Shown piece after piece: positions 1-8,104 of a stretch of 64,000 bases of DNA. The stretch's first letter is position 1, and each line of letters starts with the position of its first letter. The notes under the pieces were generated by a model. That model was not told where the DNA came from and made no database searches. It saw only the letters and a program-made list of their open reading frames with translations. Position numbers and translations under genes: made by a program. This DNA comes from Candidatus Woesearchaeota archaeon (GTDB taxonomy: Archaea; Nanobdellota; Nanobdellia; Pacearchaeales; UBA284), in contig CAYNFE010000004.1 of the NCBI GenBank assembly GCA_964396475.1, positions 6,519 to 70,518 of the forward strand. The letters are read 5' to 3'.

Positions 1-346
1 TTATGGTTTGCCATCTTCTTTACCATGGGCAATTCAGACTCTAGGAGATGTTCCAAGACATCCTACTCAAATTTATGAATCTCTATACTGCTTAGCAGGA
101 TTTTTTATTCTTCTATTATTCAAAAAACTAAGAAAAAAAGATGAATGGAGATTTAAGTCATTATTAGAAAAACAAGGAGCATTATTCTTTTCTTTCCTAA
201 TGTTCTACTCTTTCTTCAGATTCCTCAATGATTTTCTAAGGTCTTATGAACATTATTTCCTTTGCATATCCTTAAGCCAGTGGGTAGCTCTTGCTTTATT
301 CTTATTTGGTTTTGCGATGTTGAATCTAGAAAGAAAATTAATTTAA
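1..346 (+). CDS. lgt: Prolipoprotein diacylglyceryl transferase (Lgt), C-terminal fragment; the 5' end lies upstream of the window
   Basis: The frame is open from nt 2. The translation YGLPSSLPWAIQ...VPRHPTQIYESLYCLAGFFILLLF...FRFLNDFLR reproduces the Lgt signature (PWA..., RHP[ST]Q[LI]YE) and is followed by hydrophobic C-terminal helices. Confidence 0.8.
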   Translation, partial: YGLPSSLPWAIQTLGDVPRHPTQIYESLYCLAGFFILLLFKKLRKKDEWRFKSLLEKQGALFFSFLMFYSFFRFLNDFLRSYEHYFLCISLSQWVALALFLFGFAMLNLERKLI

Positions 347-360
347 AAAACTTATTTTGT

Positions 361-1584
361 TTAAATTATCTCACCCCAACCAATTAACCTCCAGTGTCCT
401 CGATAATTTCTTGCTACTCCAATTCTATCACCTTTAAAGTGCACGATTGGGATTTTCAAGGAAATTTCAACTATATCACCCTTAGCACTAGTTATAAGAC
501 CCACAGTAGTTGATGTATTAACACTAAGCAAAAGATTTTCATTTGTTTTTAATTGTTCTATTTTAATTGCTTCTTCTACTTTTGTTCCTACGATTTCTTT
601 AAACAAATTGGTTTTAATATTTATTTTATAGGTAATTTCAGGTAGCTTTCCCTTTAAACTAGCTACACATCCTGCCAAACTATCAGCCTTTGCTAATAGA
701 GGATCAAGAGAAGTTTGTATTGCCAAACTTCCAGAAGGTAGAGCCTCATCTAATTTATTTTTTCCAGCCTGAAGTCTAATAACCTTTGTTTCAATTGTAT
801 GATATTCTGTCTTATCATGCTTTTTCTTTGCTAGCCCTGGCTTAATTTCTATTACATCTCCTATCTTAAGTTTTCCTTTTTTTAGAGAGCCTCCTAAAAT
901 ACCACCAATGAGACCAGAAGGTTTGATTCCTGGTTTGTTAACATCAAAACTCCTAGCTACAAGAAACAAAGGATCTGATTTTATATCATGTTCAGGAGTT
1001 TTTAATTTTGTTATGCTTTCAAGTAAAGCAGAAATATTAATGCCTTGCTGCGCACAGATAGGAACAATTATCGCATTTTCTGCAATACCTCCTTTAATAA
1101 ATTTCTTAATTGCATCATATTGTTTTTGTGCCTCTTCCTTACTTACTAAATCAAGCTTGTTTTGAACAATTATAATTTGATTTATTCCTTTAGCTTCTAG
1201 AGCAAGCAGATGTTCTTTGGTTTGCGGCTGAGGAAAAGGTTCATTAGCAGCTATGATTAATAAAGCAGCATCTATAATAGCTGCTCCTCCTAACATCGTG
1301 GCCATCAACATCTCATGTCCAGGAGCATCAATAAAACTAACATATTTCACTTCAGAAGCCTTACCACCACATTCACAAACAACCTTAGTTATAAATTTGC
1401 CACATTTTTCGCATTTTCTTATGATAGCATCAGCATATCCTAGCTTAATTGTGATTCCTCTTTTTAATTCCTCACTATGTTTATCAGACCATACTCCAGT
1501 CAACTGATATAATAAGGTTGTCTTACCATGATCTATATGCCCGACTAATCCAATATTCAACTCTGGCTGTTTATCTTTTTCCAT
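361..1584 (-). CDS. eif2g: Translation initiation factor aIF2 gamma subunit
   Basis: GTPase motifs GHIDHGKTT, DAPGHE and NKLD, plus the aIF2-gamma zinc knuckle CEKCGK...CECGG; 407 aa is the typical length. Confidence 0.95.
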   Translation of the reverse strand: MEKDKQPELNIGLVGHIDHGKTTLLYQLTGVWSDKHSEELKRGITIKLGYADAIIRKCEKCGKFITKVVCECGGKASEVKYVSFIDAPGHEMLMATMLGGAAIIDAALLIIAANEPFPQPQTKEHLLALEAKGINQIIIVQNKLDLVSKEEAQKQYDAIKKFIKGGIAENAIIVPICAQQGINISALLESITKLKTPEHDIKSDPLFLVARSFDVNKPGIKPSGLIGGILGGSLKKGKLKIGDVIEIKPGLAKKKHDKTEYHTIETKVIRLQAGKNKLDEALPSGSLAIQTSLDPLLAKADSLAGCVASLKGKLPEITYKINIKTNLFKEIVGTKVEEAIKIEQLKTNENLLLSVNTSTTVGLITSAKGDIVEISLKIPIVHFKGDRIGVARNYRGHWRLIGWGEII

Positions 1585-1636
1585 TAAACAACAAAAATAA
1601 AGAAACTTTTAAATCTTACTTAAATATTTCAGCTTT

Positions 1637-1930
1637 TTATCTTTTTGATGAATTTAAAGGTCTTATTTTCCTCCTTACAAATTCAACAAGTGATTTTAGT
1701 TGTATTTCATCAATCTCCCTTTTACTAGCTTCAACAACTATCTCTTCTAATTCTTCAAAATGGCCCCCAGAATTTTCTACAGATGTTATCAATTCAACTT
1801 CTTTATTCTCATTCAACCAGTCAAAGAAATCATTAACTCCAGATTCACCATATTGATGTTTTACAGCATATATTGTTTTACTTATTGTATTTTTGTAAAT
1901 AAATGAATAATAAATATTTTCTTTAATCAT
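1637..1930 (-). CDS. Hypothetical small acidic protein (97 aa)
   Basis: ORF on the same strand as the flanking aIF2-gamma and S6e genes, with balanced composition. The overlapping plus-strand ORF 1518..1856 is compositionally poor. No motif recognised. Confidence 0.4.
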   Translation of the reverse strand: MIKENIYYSFIYKNTISKTIYAVKHQYGESGVNDFFDWLNENKEVELITSVENSGGHFEELEEIVVEASKREIDEIQLKSLVEFVRRKIRPLNSSKR

Positions 1931-1964
1931 AAAAATAACACATAGAATACATATATAAATTTTA

Positions 1965-2612
1965 CTACTTTTGAGTTGCTTTCTTTTCCTCTTTAGGTTT
2001 CTCTTCCTTAACTTCTTCCTTTGGTTTCTCGACTGGCTTTTCTTCTACTTTTAGTTTCTCTGGTTTCTTTTCCTCAGCCTGTTTTTCCTCTTTCTTAGGT
2101 TCTTCCTTCTTCTCTTCTTTTGGAATTTCTTTTTTCTCCTCTACTTTTATTTCAGGCTTAGCTTCAGGTTTTGCTTCTTCTTTCTTTTCTTCTGCTTTAA
2201 CTTCCTCTTTCTTTCTTAGAATTTCTTCAAGAGGCTTAGCTCCTTGTTTTGTTACTTTAAGATTTATTTGAGAAATACTATCATCTATAATATTACCATG
2301 AATTGCTTTTCTTATTCTGAGTCCCCTAACTGGCTTCTTTAATTTTTTCTTTTTTCTTATTTTTCTCAAACCTTTTCCTCTTGTTAATAGAACTTTTTTT
2401 CTTCCAGATCCTTCTATAAAAGCTAGAGCTGGAAATCCAGCATTATCTGTTGCTCCTGTTATTGTAAATTCATAATCTGATAGAGAAAATTCCTTAATCA
2501 TATCTCCCTTAATCACATCTCCAATTTTTTTTCCTATAAATGCTTCGCTAGCTGTTTCTATATGGAAAGTCTTCTTAGATTTTGGATCTCCTATATCTAA
2601 TTTGAATGGCAT
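1965..2612 (-). CDS. rps6e: 30S ribosomal protein S6e with a long Lys/Glu-rich C-terminal extension
   Basis: The N-terminal ~130 aa (MPFKLDIGDPKSKKTFHIE...GFPA...GLRKIRKKKK) match the S6e pattern. The last ~85 aa are low-complexity KE/P repeats. Confidence 0.85.
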   Translation of the reverse strand: MPFKLDIGDPKSKKTFHIETASEAFIGKKIGDVIKGDMIKEFSLSDYEFTITGATDNAGFPALAFIEGSGRKKVLLTRGKGLRKIRKKKKLKKPVRGLRIRKAIHGNIIDDSISQINLKVTKQGAKPLEEILRKKEEVKAEEKKEEAKPEAKPEIKVEEKKEIPKEEKKEEPKKEEKQAEEKKPEKLKVEEKPVEKPKEEVKEEKPKEEKKATQK

Positions 2613-2646
2613 GTTTTATCTTGTTTTTGAATGTTTAAAAATTTAA

Positions 2647-4389
2647 TCATATTCCCCAAGTTGGTTTTTCCTTTCTCTTAATTTTTGCTATCTCTTGTAA
2701 GATTTTTATCTCTTCCTGACTCAAGTATTTTTTGTTCTTCTTTAGTTTACGAAATTCTTCTTCTTTAATTACTGAATATAAAATTTGATCTTCTTTTACT
2801 TGTCTATCAAAAGTTATCTTTGGTAAAGAAATAGCTAATTCCTGACCTTTCTTAGCCTCTTCAACACTTTTTGCCTCAGATTGCATAGATTTTATTCTAT
2901 CTATTTTTTCCCCTTCTTCATTCATTAAAATTAAGCCTGATTTTAAAGTGCCTGCTTCTACTCTGACACCAAAAACAGCTGGCTTGCTTTGTCTAAAACA
3001 AACATTTTTCATCACAATAATCTTGCAAGGTATTGTTAAATCTGCTAACTTCTCTCTCTCCAGTTCAATCTCTTTTTCCTTTCTCCATTTTATAAGATCT
3101 TCAGTAATTTTGTAGATAATATCAGATTCTATAATTTTAATTCTTTCATCAGCAACTATTTCAGGCTCGAGAGTAACGTTAAAACCAACTATGACTGCTT
3201 CAAGAGGACTTGTCTCAAGATTTGTTATAGCCATAGCAATATCTTGTCTTTTTATATTACCAATTTCAGCTTTCTTAACTCTGATTCCCTCTTTTCTCAG
3301 TAAAAAAAGCAAAGCCTCTAAAGAACCTAGAGATTCAGCTTTAACAACAATACCTTCTTTTTCTAAACTAAGGACTTGTTCAACTTCTTTTTGTAGAGAA
3401 TCTTTTAATTTCTCTATTTTTTCTTCTTTGGTTTCTTTTGTGGCAATGAACGGCATTCCAGGAATAATTTCTTCTGTAACTGGTAAATTTAGCCTTATGC
3501 CAGCACTAGCACCAACCTCATTAGTAGATTTAAAACCCTTTCCTAAAGGTAATGCTTGAAATAATGCTCTGATCTTTATATCAATAGCCTTGTTTAGAGT
3601 GGCTATGACAAGGATATCTTTTTTTGAAAGGATTCCATCATAAAGAATGGCCTCAATATTAATAATTCCTTTTTCTTTCTTCACTTCTAAAATTGTCCCT
3701 TTACCCTCTTTTCCTAGAACAAGTTTACCTTTGAGAAATCTTTGAGCTAAGCCTGCTAACATAACAACAAGTTCAGGAATACCCTCATAAGTTTTTCCTG
3801 AGCATGGTACTAAAGAAATTTGTTTTGTAAAATCACTAATTCTATAAAACAAATCAGAATTAAAACCTAAAGAATTGAATGTGTGAATTATTCTATATAA
3901 TTTCTTTTCAAAATCTTTCTTGGTAAAATCAGCTTGCTTCTCTATGCTTTCTTGTAGGTTTTCAGATTTTTTTGTCCAGCCTGTTATAGCATCAATCTTG
4001 TTCAAAGCAATTATGAATGGAACTTTGCTGGCCTTAAGAACCTCAATACTCTCTTTGGTCTGTTCCATTATCCCTTCATTAATATCAACAACCAAAATAG
4101 CAAGATCAGCTAATGCGCCACCCCTTTTTCTTAAGTTTGTGAAAGCAGCGTGTCCTGGTGTGTCAATGAAGAGAAAACCAGGAATTTCTACTTTGATATT
4201 ATATTTTGTAAGAAGGCTTTTACAATTTTTTTCAATTATTTCACTAGGAACCATTGTGAAAGAGATTTTCTGAGTTATTTTTCCAGCTTCTTTTTCAACA
4301 ATACATGTACCTCTGATAGAATCTAAAATTGTGGTCTTGCCGTGATCAACATGACCTGCTACAGTAACTATTGGCTGTCTGATTTTCAT
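2647..4389 (-). CDS. infB: Translation initiation factor aIF5B (IF-2 homologue)
   Basis: RQPIVTVAGHVDHGKTTILD, DTPGH and NKID GTPase motifs; 580 aa; beta-barrel domains as in aIF5B. Confidence 0.95.
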   Translation of the reverse strand: MKIRQPIVTVAGHVDHGKTTILDSIRGTCIVEKEAGKITQKISFTMVPSEIIEKNCKSLLTKYNIKVEIPGFLFIDTPGHAAFTNLRKRGGALADLAILVVDINEGIMEQTKESIEVLKASKVPFIIALNKIDAITGWTKKSENLQESIEKQADFTKKDFEKKLYRIIHTFNSLGFNSDLFYRISDFTKQISLVPCSGKTYEGIPELVVMLAGLAQRFLKGKLVLGKEGKGTILEVKKEKGIINIEAILYDGILSKKDILVIATLNKAIDIKIRALFQALPLGKGFKSTNEVGASAGIRLNLPVTEEIIPGMPFIATKETKEEKIEKLKDSLQKEVEQVLSLEKEGIVVKAESLGSLEALLFLLRKEGIRVKKAEIGNIKRQDIAMAITNLETSPLEAVIVGFNVTLEPEIVADERIKIIESDIIYKITEDLIKWRKEKEIELEREKLADLTIPCKIIVMKNVCFRQSKPAVFGVRVEAGTLKSGLILMNEEGEKIDRIKSMQSEAKSVEEAKKGQELAISLPKITFDRQVKEDQILYSVIKEEEFRKLKKNKKYLSQEEIKILQEIAKIKRKEKPTWGI

Positions 4390-4442
4390 AATATATATTT
4401 CAAATGAATTATATTTATAAATTTTAGGAAATTTGAATAAAT

Positions 4443-5840
4443 ATGGAATTTAAGGCATTCAAGGATTTAGAATTTAAGATAAATAAAAATTATATAGTTG
4501 ATAAAATGCCAGAAGAGACATTTGATATTATTCTTGAGCCTGTTTTTAATTATATAGGGATAGGAAATGCGAGATTATGGCTGCTTGTGAATGATACAGA
4601 TCTGAAGATAGTTTATGGTTTCAATAAGAGAGGACATATTCCTAAAGAAGATTATCAAATTACTTACAAAACAACTGATAAGGATATAGATAGAGATATG
4701 ATAGAACTATTAGAAAAAGAGCCTAAAAAATTTGATGAAGAGTATGCTTCAAGAATTTCATTAAAAACTGGAAAAGATTATCAAGATATTAAAAAAAGAA
4801 TAGCCAAAGAAAGATTAGAAGGGAAGATAAAAATAGATCACTTTATCAATAAAAGAAAAAATCACTTACAATGGGTCTATGAAAACTTAGAGCCAATTCA
4901 AGTCTGTTATAATCCTTCCCATATTTTGACTTTAAAGGCAAAAGGAATTATTTATGGAAATAAAAATGAACATGGAGCATATATTCAAACAAGAGAAGAA
5001 AGATTACGTAAAGTATGGGAGAAAAATAAAGAATTACAAAAACAATATTATAATTTCTCAAGATTTTTTTATGCAGGAGCTTTTCCTTTGTATATATCTG
5101 AGAATAATCAAAAAATAAAATTGGGAATTTTGGAAGTAGATGAATTAGAAGATATCATAGGTGGGCCTACCAAACCATTACTCAAAAGCAAATTTAATTG
5201 GGCCTTTAACATTATCAATAACACAATAACCCCTATATCTCTCACACAGTTTACAGATGATAAAAATGATGATTTTTTAATCTATGTTGCAAATTCTTTA
5301 AAAAAAGTCAGTGATTTTAAGGATTATTATGGAGGAGAACATTCTGAAAGAGTTAGAGTTTATTCTTTGATGGCTGGGAAAATTTTATTATCTATTGGAA
5401 AATTAGATAAAAAAAGCTTGTTTAGATTGGAGTTAGCTTCTATGTTGCATGATGTAGGGAAATTAGGTATCAATGAGCATATCCTAAGAAAAGAAACAAT
5501 GCTTACTAAAGAAGAGCGTAAACTTATGCAACAACACACAGTATATGGGAAGAAAATATTACAATCAATGAAACATTTCAAAGATTTAATTCCCATAGTT
5601 ATGCATCATCATGAGAGATATGATGGAAAAGGATATCCTGGAGAGAGGAAAGGCAAAGATATCCCTCTGGAATCAAGAATAATTGCCCTTGCAGACACAT
5701 TTGACGCAATAACTTTTGGAAGGCCTTATAGAGATATTAGATCAAAGAATGATGCTATAAAAGAAATAAGATTAAATTCTGGAACCCAATTTGATCCAGA
5801 AATAGCAGAGATCTTCATAAAAGCTGTTCAGGAAATATAA
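4443..5840 (+). CDS. HD-GYP domain protein (putative c-di-GMP phosphodiesterase) with an unrecognised ~300-aa N-terminal region
   Basis: The C-terminal third contains HDVGK...HHERYDGKGYP...D.FDA, the HD-GYP signature. The N-terminus has no motif I recognise. Confidence 0.85.
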   Translation: MEFKAFKDLEFKINKNYIVDKMPEETFDIILEPVFNYIGIGNARLWLLVNDTDLKIVYGFNKRGHIPKEDYQITYKTTDKDIDRDMIELLEKEPKKFDEEYASRISLKTGKDYQDIKKRIAKERLEGKIKIDHFINKRKNHLQWVYENLEPIQVCYNPSHILTLKAKGIIYGNKNEHGAYIQTREERLRKVWEKNKELQKQYYNFSRFFYAGAFPLYISENNQKIKLGILEVDELEDIIGGPTKPLLKSKFNWAFNIINNTITPISLTQFTDDKNDDFLIYVANSLKKVSDFKDYYGGEHSERVRVYSLMAGKILLSIGKLDKKSLFRLELASMLHDVGKLGINEHILRKETMLTKEERKLMQQHTVYGKKILQSMKHFKDLIPIVMHHHERYDGKGYPGERKGKDIPLESRIIALADTFDAITFGRPYRDIRSKNDAIKEIRLNSGTQFDPEIAEIFIKAVQEI

Positions 5841-5852
5841 AATAATATTACA

Positions 5853-5999
5853 CTACCAACCTGCTTTTCCTGCTGATCCTATGACATAACCTACTAAAAG
5901 TCTAAGCTGGTCTCCTAAGAGAGCCCCAATAATTAAACCTACAATCAAGGCTATGATGATATACAACCAAAGTTTTCCTCTTTTACTTAATTTTGCCAT
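5853..5999 (-). CDS. Possible 48-aa single-TM membrane peptide (below the ORF-track cutoff)
   Basis: Manual translation of the minus strand gives MAKLSKRGKLWLYIIIALIVGLIIGALLGDQLRLLVGYVIGSAGKAGW*. It has a basic N-terminus and a hydrophobic helix. No clear SD-like motif upstream. Confidence 0.3.
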   Translation of the reverse strand: MAKLSKRGKLWLYIIIALIVGLIIGALLGDQLRLLVGYVIGSAGKAGW

Positions 6000-6033
6000 G
6001 CTATATTATTTCTTATATATTTTTAAATCTTTT

Positions 6034-6927
6034 TTATTCAAATATAAGAGAGGCATAACCAACAGCATTTGTATAATCTTTTGATATATCTCCAGAAGTA
6101 TAATACTTAAGCAAAGAAGCTTTTTTTGCACCAATTTTTTTACAAAATTCTATTGCAGTAACTATAACTGCAGATCCACATATAGTTGTTTTTGTAGCTT
6201 CATTGTAAAATCCTTGGCTATCTAATTTAATAATATGATTAATTGCTTTTCTATCAAGTTCTTTAAGTCTTGTCTTTGCCTCGCTCGCTGGAAAAGGAAT
6301 AAATCCATAGCTCTGTCCATAGTGTGTAAAATCAGAACTAGCAATAACACAAACATTTCTATTCATCTCTTTTACAGTCTCTGCTATTTTTCTTCCAAGT
6401 GCTAAAAGTTTGTCATATTCTAGAGTTGAGATAATAATTGGCACTATCTTAAATTCTTTCTTTACAATCTTAGAAACAAATTGCAAAAAAGGTAACTGTA
6501 CTTCTAGACTATGTTCATACTGATGAGCTAATTCATCTTCCTGTAATCCTAGATGAGATGTCTGTTCCATAATTTTGGCTCCAAGCTCAGTATCATTTTT
6601 TACGATACCTAAAGGACTGGAAAAATCTTCAAAAGTCAAAGAAAAATTAGCTTTTCCTTGTCCAGTATGATTTGGCCCAAGAAGAATGAAAGTATCTGGA
6701 AAACTTTTTTTATTTAGTTCTGCTAATTCTTTATAAGCCCAAGCTGCACATTGTCCACTATAGATATAACCAGCATGTGGAACAATTAAACCATAAATCT
6801 TTTTTTCCTTGAGTGGAATTCTTGGCATTCCTGGTCCTAGATAGTGTTTGAATGATTTTTTTATTTCCTCATCCAACTCTGTCTTATCTGCAGAATAAAA
6901 TTGTCCAGTTACAATTGGTTTTCTCAT
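6034..6927 (-). CDS. MEMO1-family protein (AmmeMemoRadiSam system protein B)
   Basis: MRKPIVTGQFY...VPHAGYIYSG...SSDFTHYG motifs typical of the Memo/AmmeMemoRadiSam B family; 297 aa. Confidence 0.85.
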   Translation of the reverse strand: MRKPIVTGQFYSADKTELDEEIKKSFKHYLGPGMPRIPLKEKKIYGLIVPHAGYIYSGQCAAWAYKELAELNKKSFPDTFILLGPNHTGQGKANFSLTFEDFSSPLGIVKNDTELGAKIMEQTSHLGLQEDELAHQYEHSLEVQLPFLQFVSKIVKKEFKIVPIIISTLEYDKLLALGRKIAETVKEMNRNVCVIASSDFTHYGQSYGFIPFPASEAKTRLKELDRKAINHIIKLDSQGFYNEATKTTICGSAVIVTAIEFCKKIGAKKASLLKYYTSGDISKDYTNAVGYASLIFE

Positions 6928-6988
6928 TTCATTATAAAAGTGCCTTGATTTAAAAAAGTTTATAAAACTCTTTCTCTATGTTTCATTA

Positions 6989-8071
6989 ATGGCAAAAAAG
7001 GTGAAAAAGAGGAAAGGAGTTAGTCAGATGAAATCTAAGAACCCAGCAAACCATTTTGCATCAAGGAGAGCAATAGCTGTAATTATCACAGCGGTTCTTG
7101 CAGTACTCTCTTTTTTAATAATCCAGCCATATATAGCAGCTCTACTTTTTGGTATTATTTTAGCTTTTATATTTCGTTTTCCTTATAAGCAGCTAAATAG
7201 ATTAATCAAAAAACCCACTATAAGTTCCTTTATAGTTTGTATTTTTGTTATAATTGTTCTTGCTCTTGGAGTATACTTTATAGCTCAGATAACTGTAAGA
7301 GAGGCTTTTAATCTCTACATGTCTGTCCAAAAACTTGATATTTTCAATCTTATTAATAAATCAATCTTGGCAGTTTTCCCTGAATCCCCTGAATTAGCCA
7401 GACAAATCACACTAACACTACAGCAGAGTTTAGTTTCCTTGACAAATACTTTCATAAGTCAAGCAGGACAATTCATGACCAATGCCCCTCAATTTTTCAT
7501 ACAGATATTCATAACATTCTTTGTCATGTTCTATTTTCTGAAAGAAGGAGATGCTATACTAAAATATATCAGACAGATTCTTCCTTTTAATTCTGAAGTT
7601 AATGAGAAACTAATAAAAAGATCAAAGGAGGTTGCCCATGCCACGATTTATGGACAGATTATAATAGGAATAATTCAAGGTATTGCTGCTGGTATTGGTT
7701 TTTATATTTTCGGCGCCCCTTCCCCATTATTCTTCACAATCCTAGCAATTCTATTATCTATCTTACCTTTTGTGGGATCATGGCTTGTATGGTTCCCTCT
7801 TGGATTAATCATGATTGCTTCAGGAAATGTTACTATGGGTATTTTGCTGATGATTTTTGGTTTTGTTATTGTTGGTACTATAGATGATCTTATTAGGCCT
7901 TTTATTGTTGGAAAGAAGGCAAAAATCAATCCTCTCATAGTATTGATAGGTATGCTTGGTGGTTTACTATTATTAGGTCCAGTTGGTTTGATTATTGGCC
8001 CAATTGTTCTTGAGTACTTACTTATATTTATAGAACTCTATAGGACAGGAAAAATAAAATTAACTGTATAG
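6989..8071 (+). CDS. AI-2E family transporter (UPF0118/PerM-like permease)
   Basis: 360-aa polytopic membrane protein with the length and helix layout of the AI-2E family, and a C-terminal GLLLLGPVGLIIGP segment. Confidence 0.7.
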   Translation: MAKKVKKRKGVSQMKSKNPANHFASRRAIAVIITAVLAVLSFLIIQPYIAALLFGIILAFIFRFPYKQLNRLIKKPTISSFIVCIFVIIVLALGVYFIAQITVREAFNLYMSVQKLDIFNLINKSILAVFPESPELARQITLTLQQSLVSLTNTFISQAGQFMTNAPQFFIQIFITFFVMFYFLKEGDAILKYIRQILPFNSEVNEKLIKRSKEVAHATIYGQIIIGIIQGIAAGIGFYIFGAPSPLFFTILAILLSILPFVGSWLVWFPLGLIMIASGNVTMGILLMIFGFVIVGTIDDLIRPFIVGKKAKINPLIVLIGMLGGLLLLGPVGLIIGPIVLEYLLIFIELYRTGKIKLTV

Positions 8072-8104
8072 ACCTATTTTAAAAAGAGGTAAAAAAGAGG
8101 TAAT

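Noticed and set aside
1518-1856. 112-aa plus-strand ORF overlapping the aIF2-gamma start and the 97-aa minus ORF
   Set aside because: It has poor composition, overlaps the 5' end of a certain gene on the opposite strand, and all neighbours are on the minus strand.
5941-5975. ATGATGA (C-box-like) sequence suggesting a C/D box sRNA
   Set aside because: No downstream CTGA D box or second C'/D' pair occurs at the appropriate spacing, and the sequence lies inside a plausible small membrane ORF.
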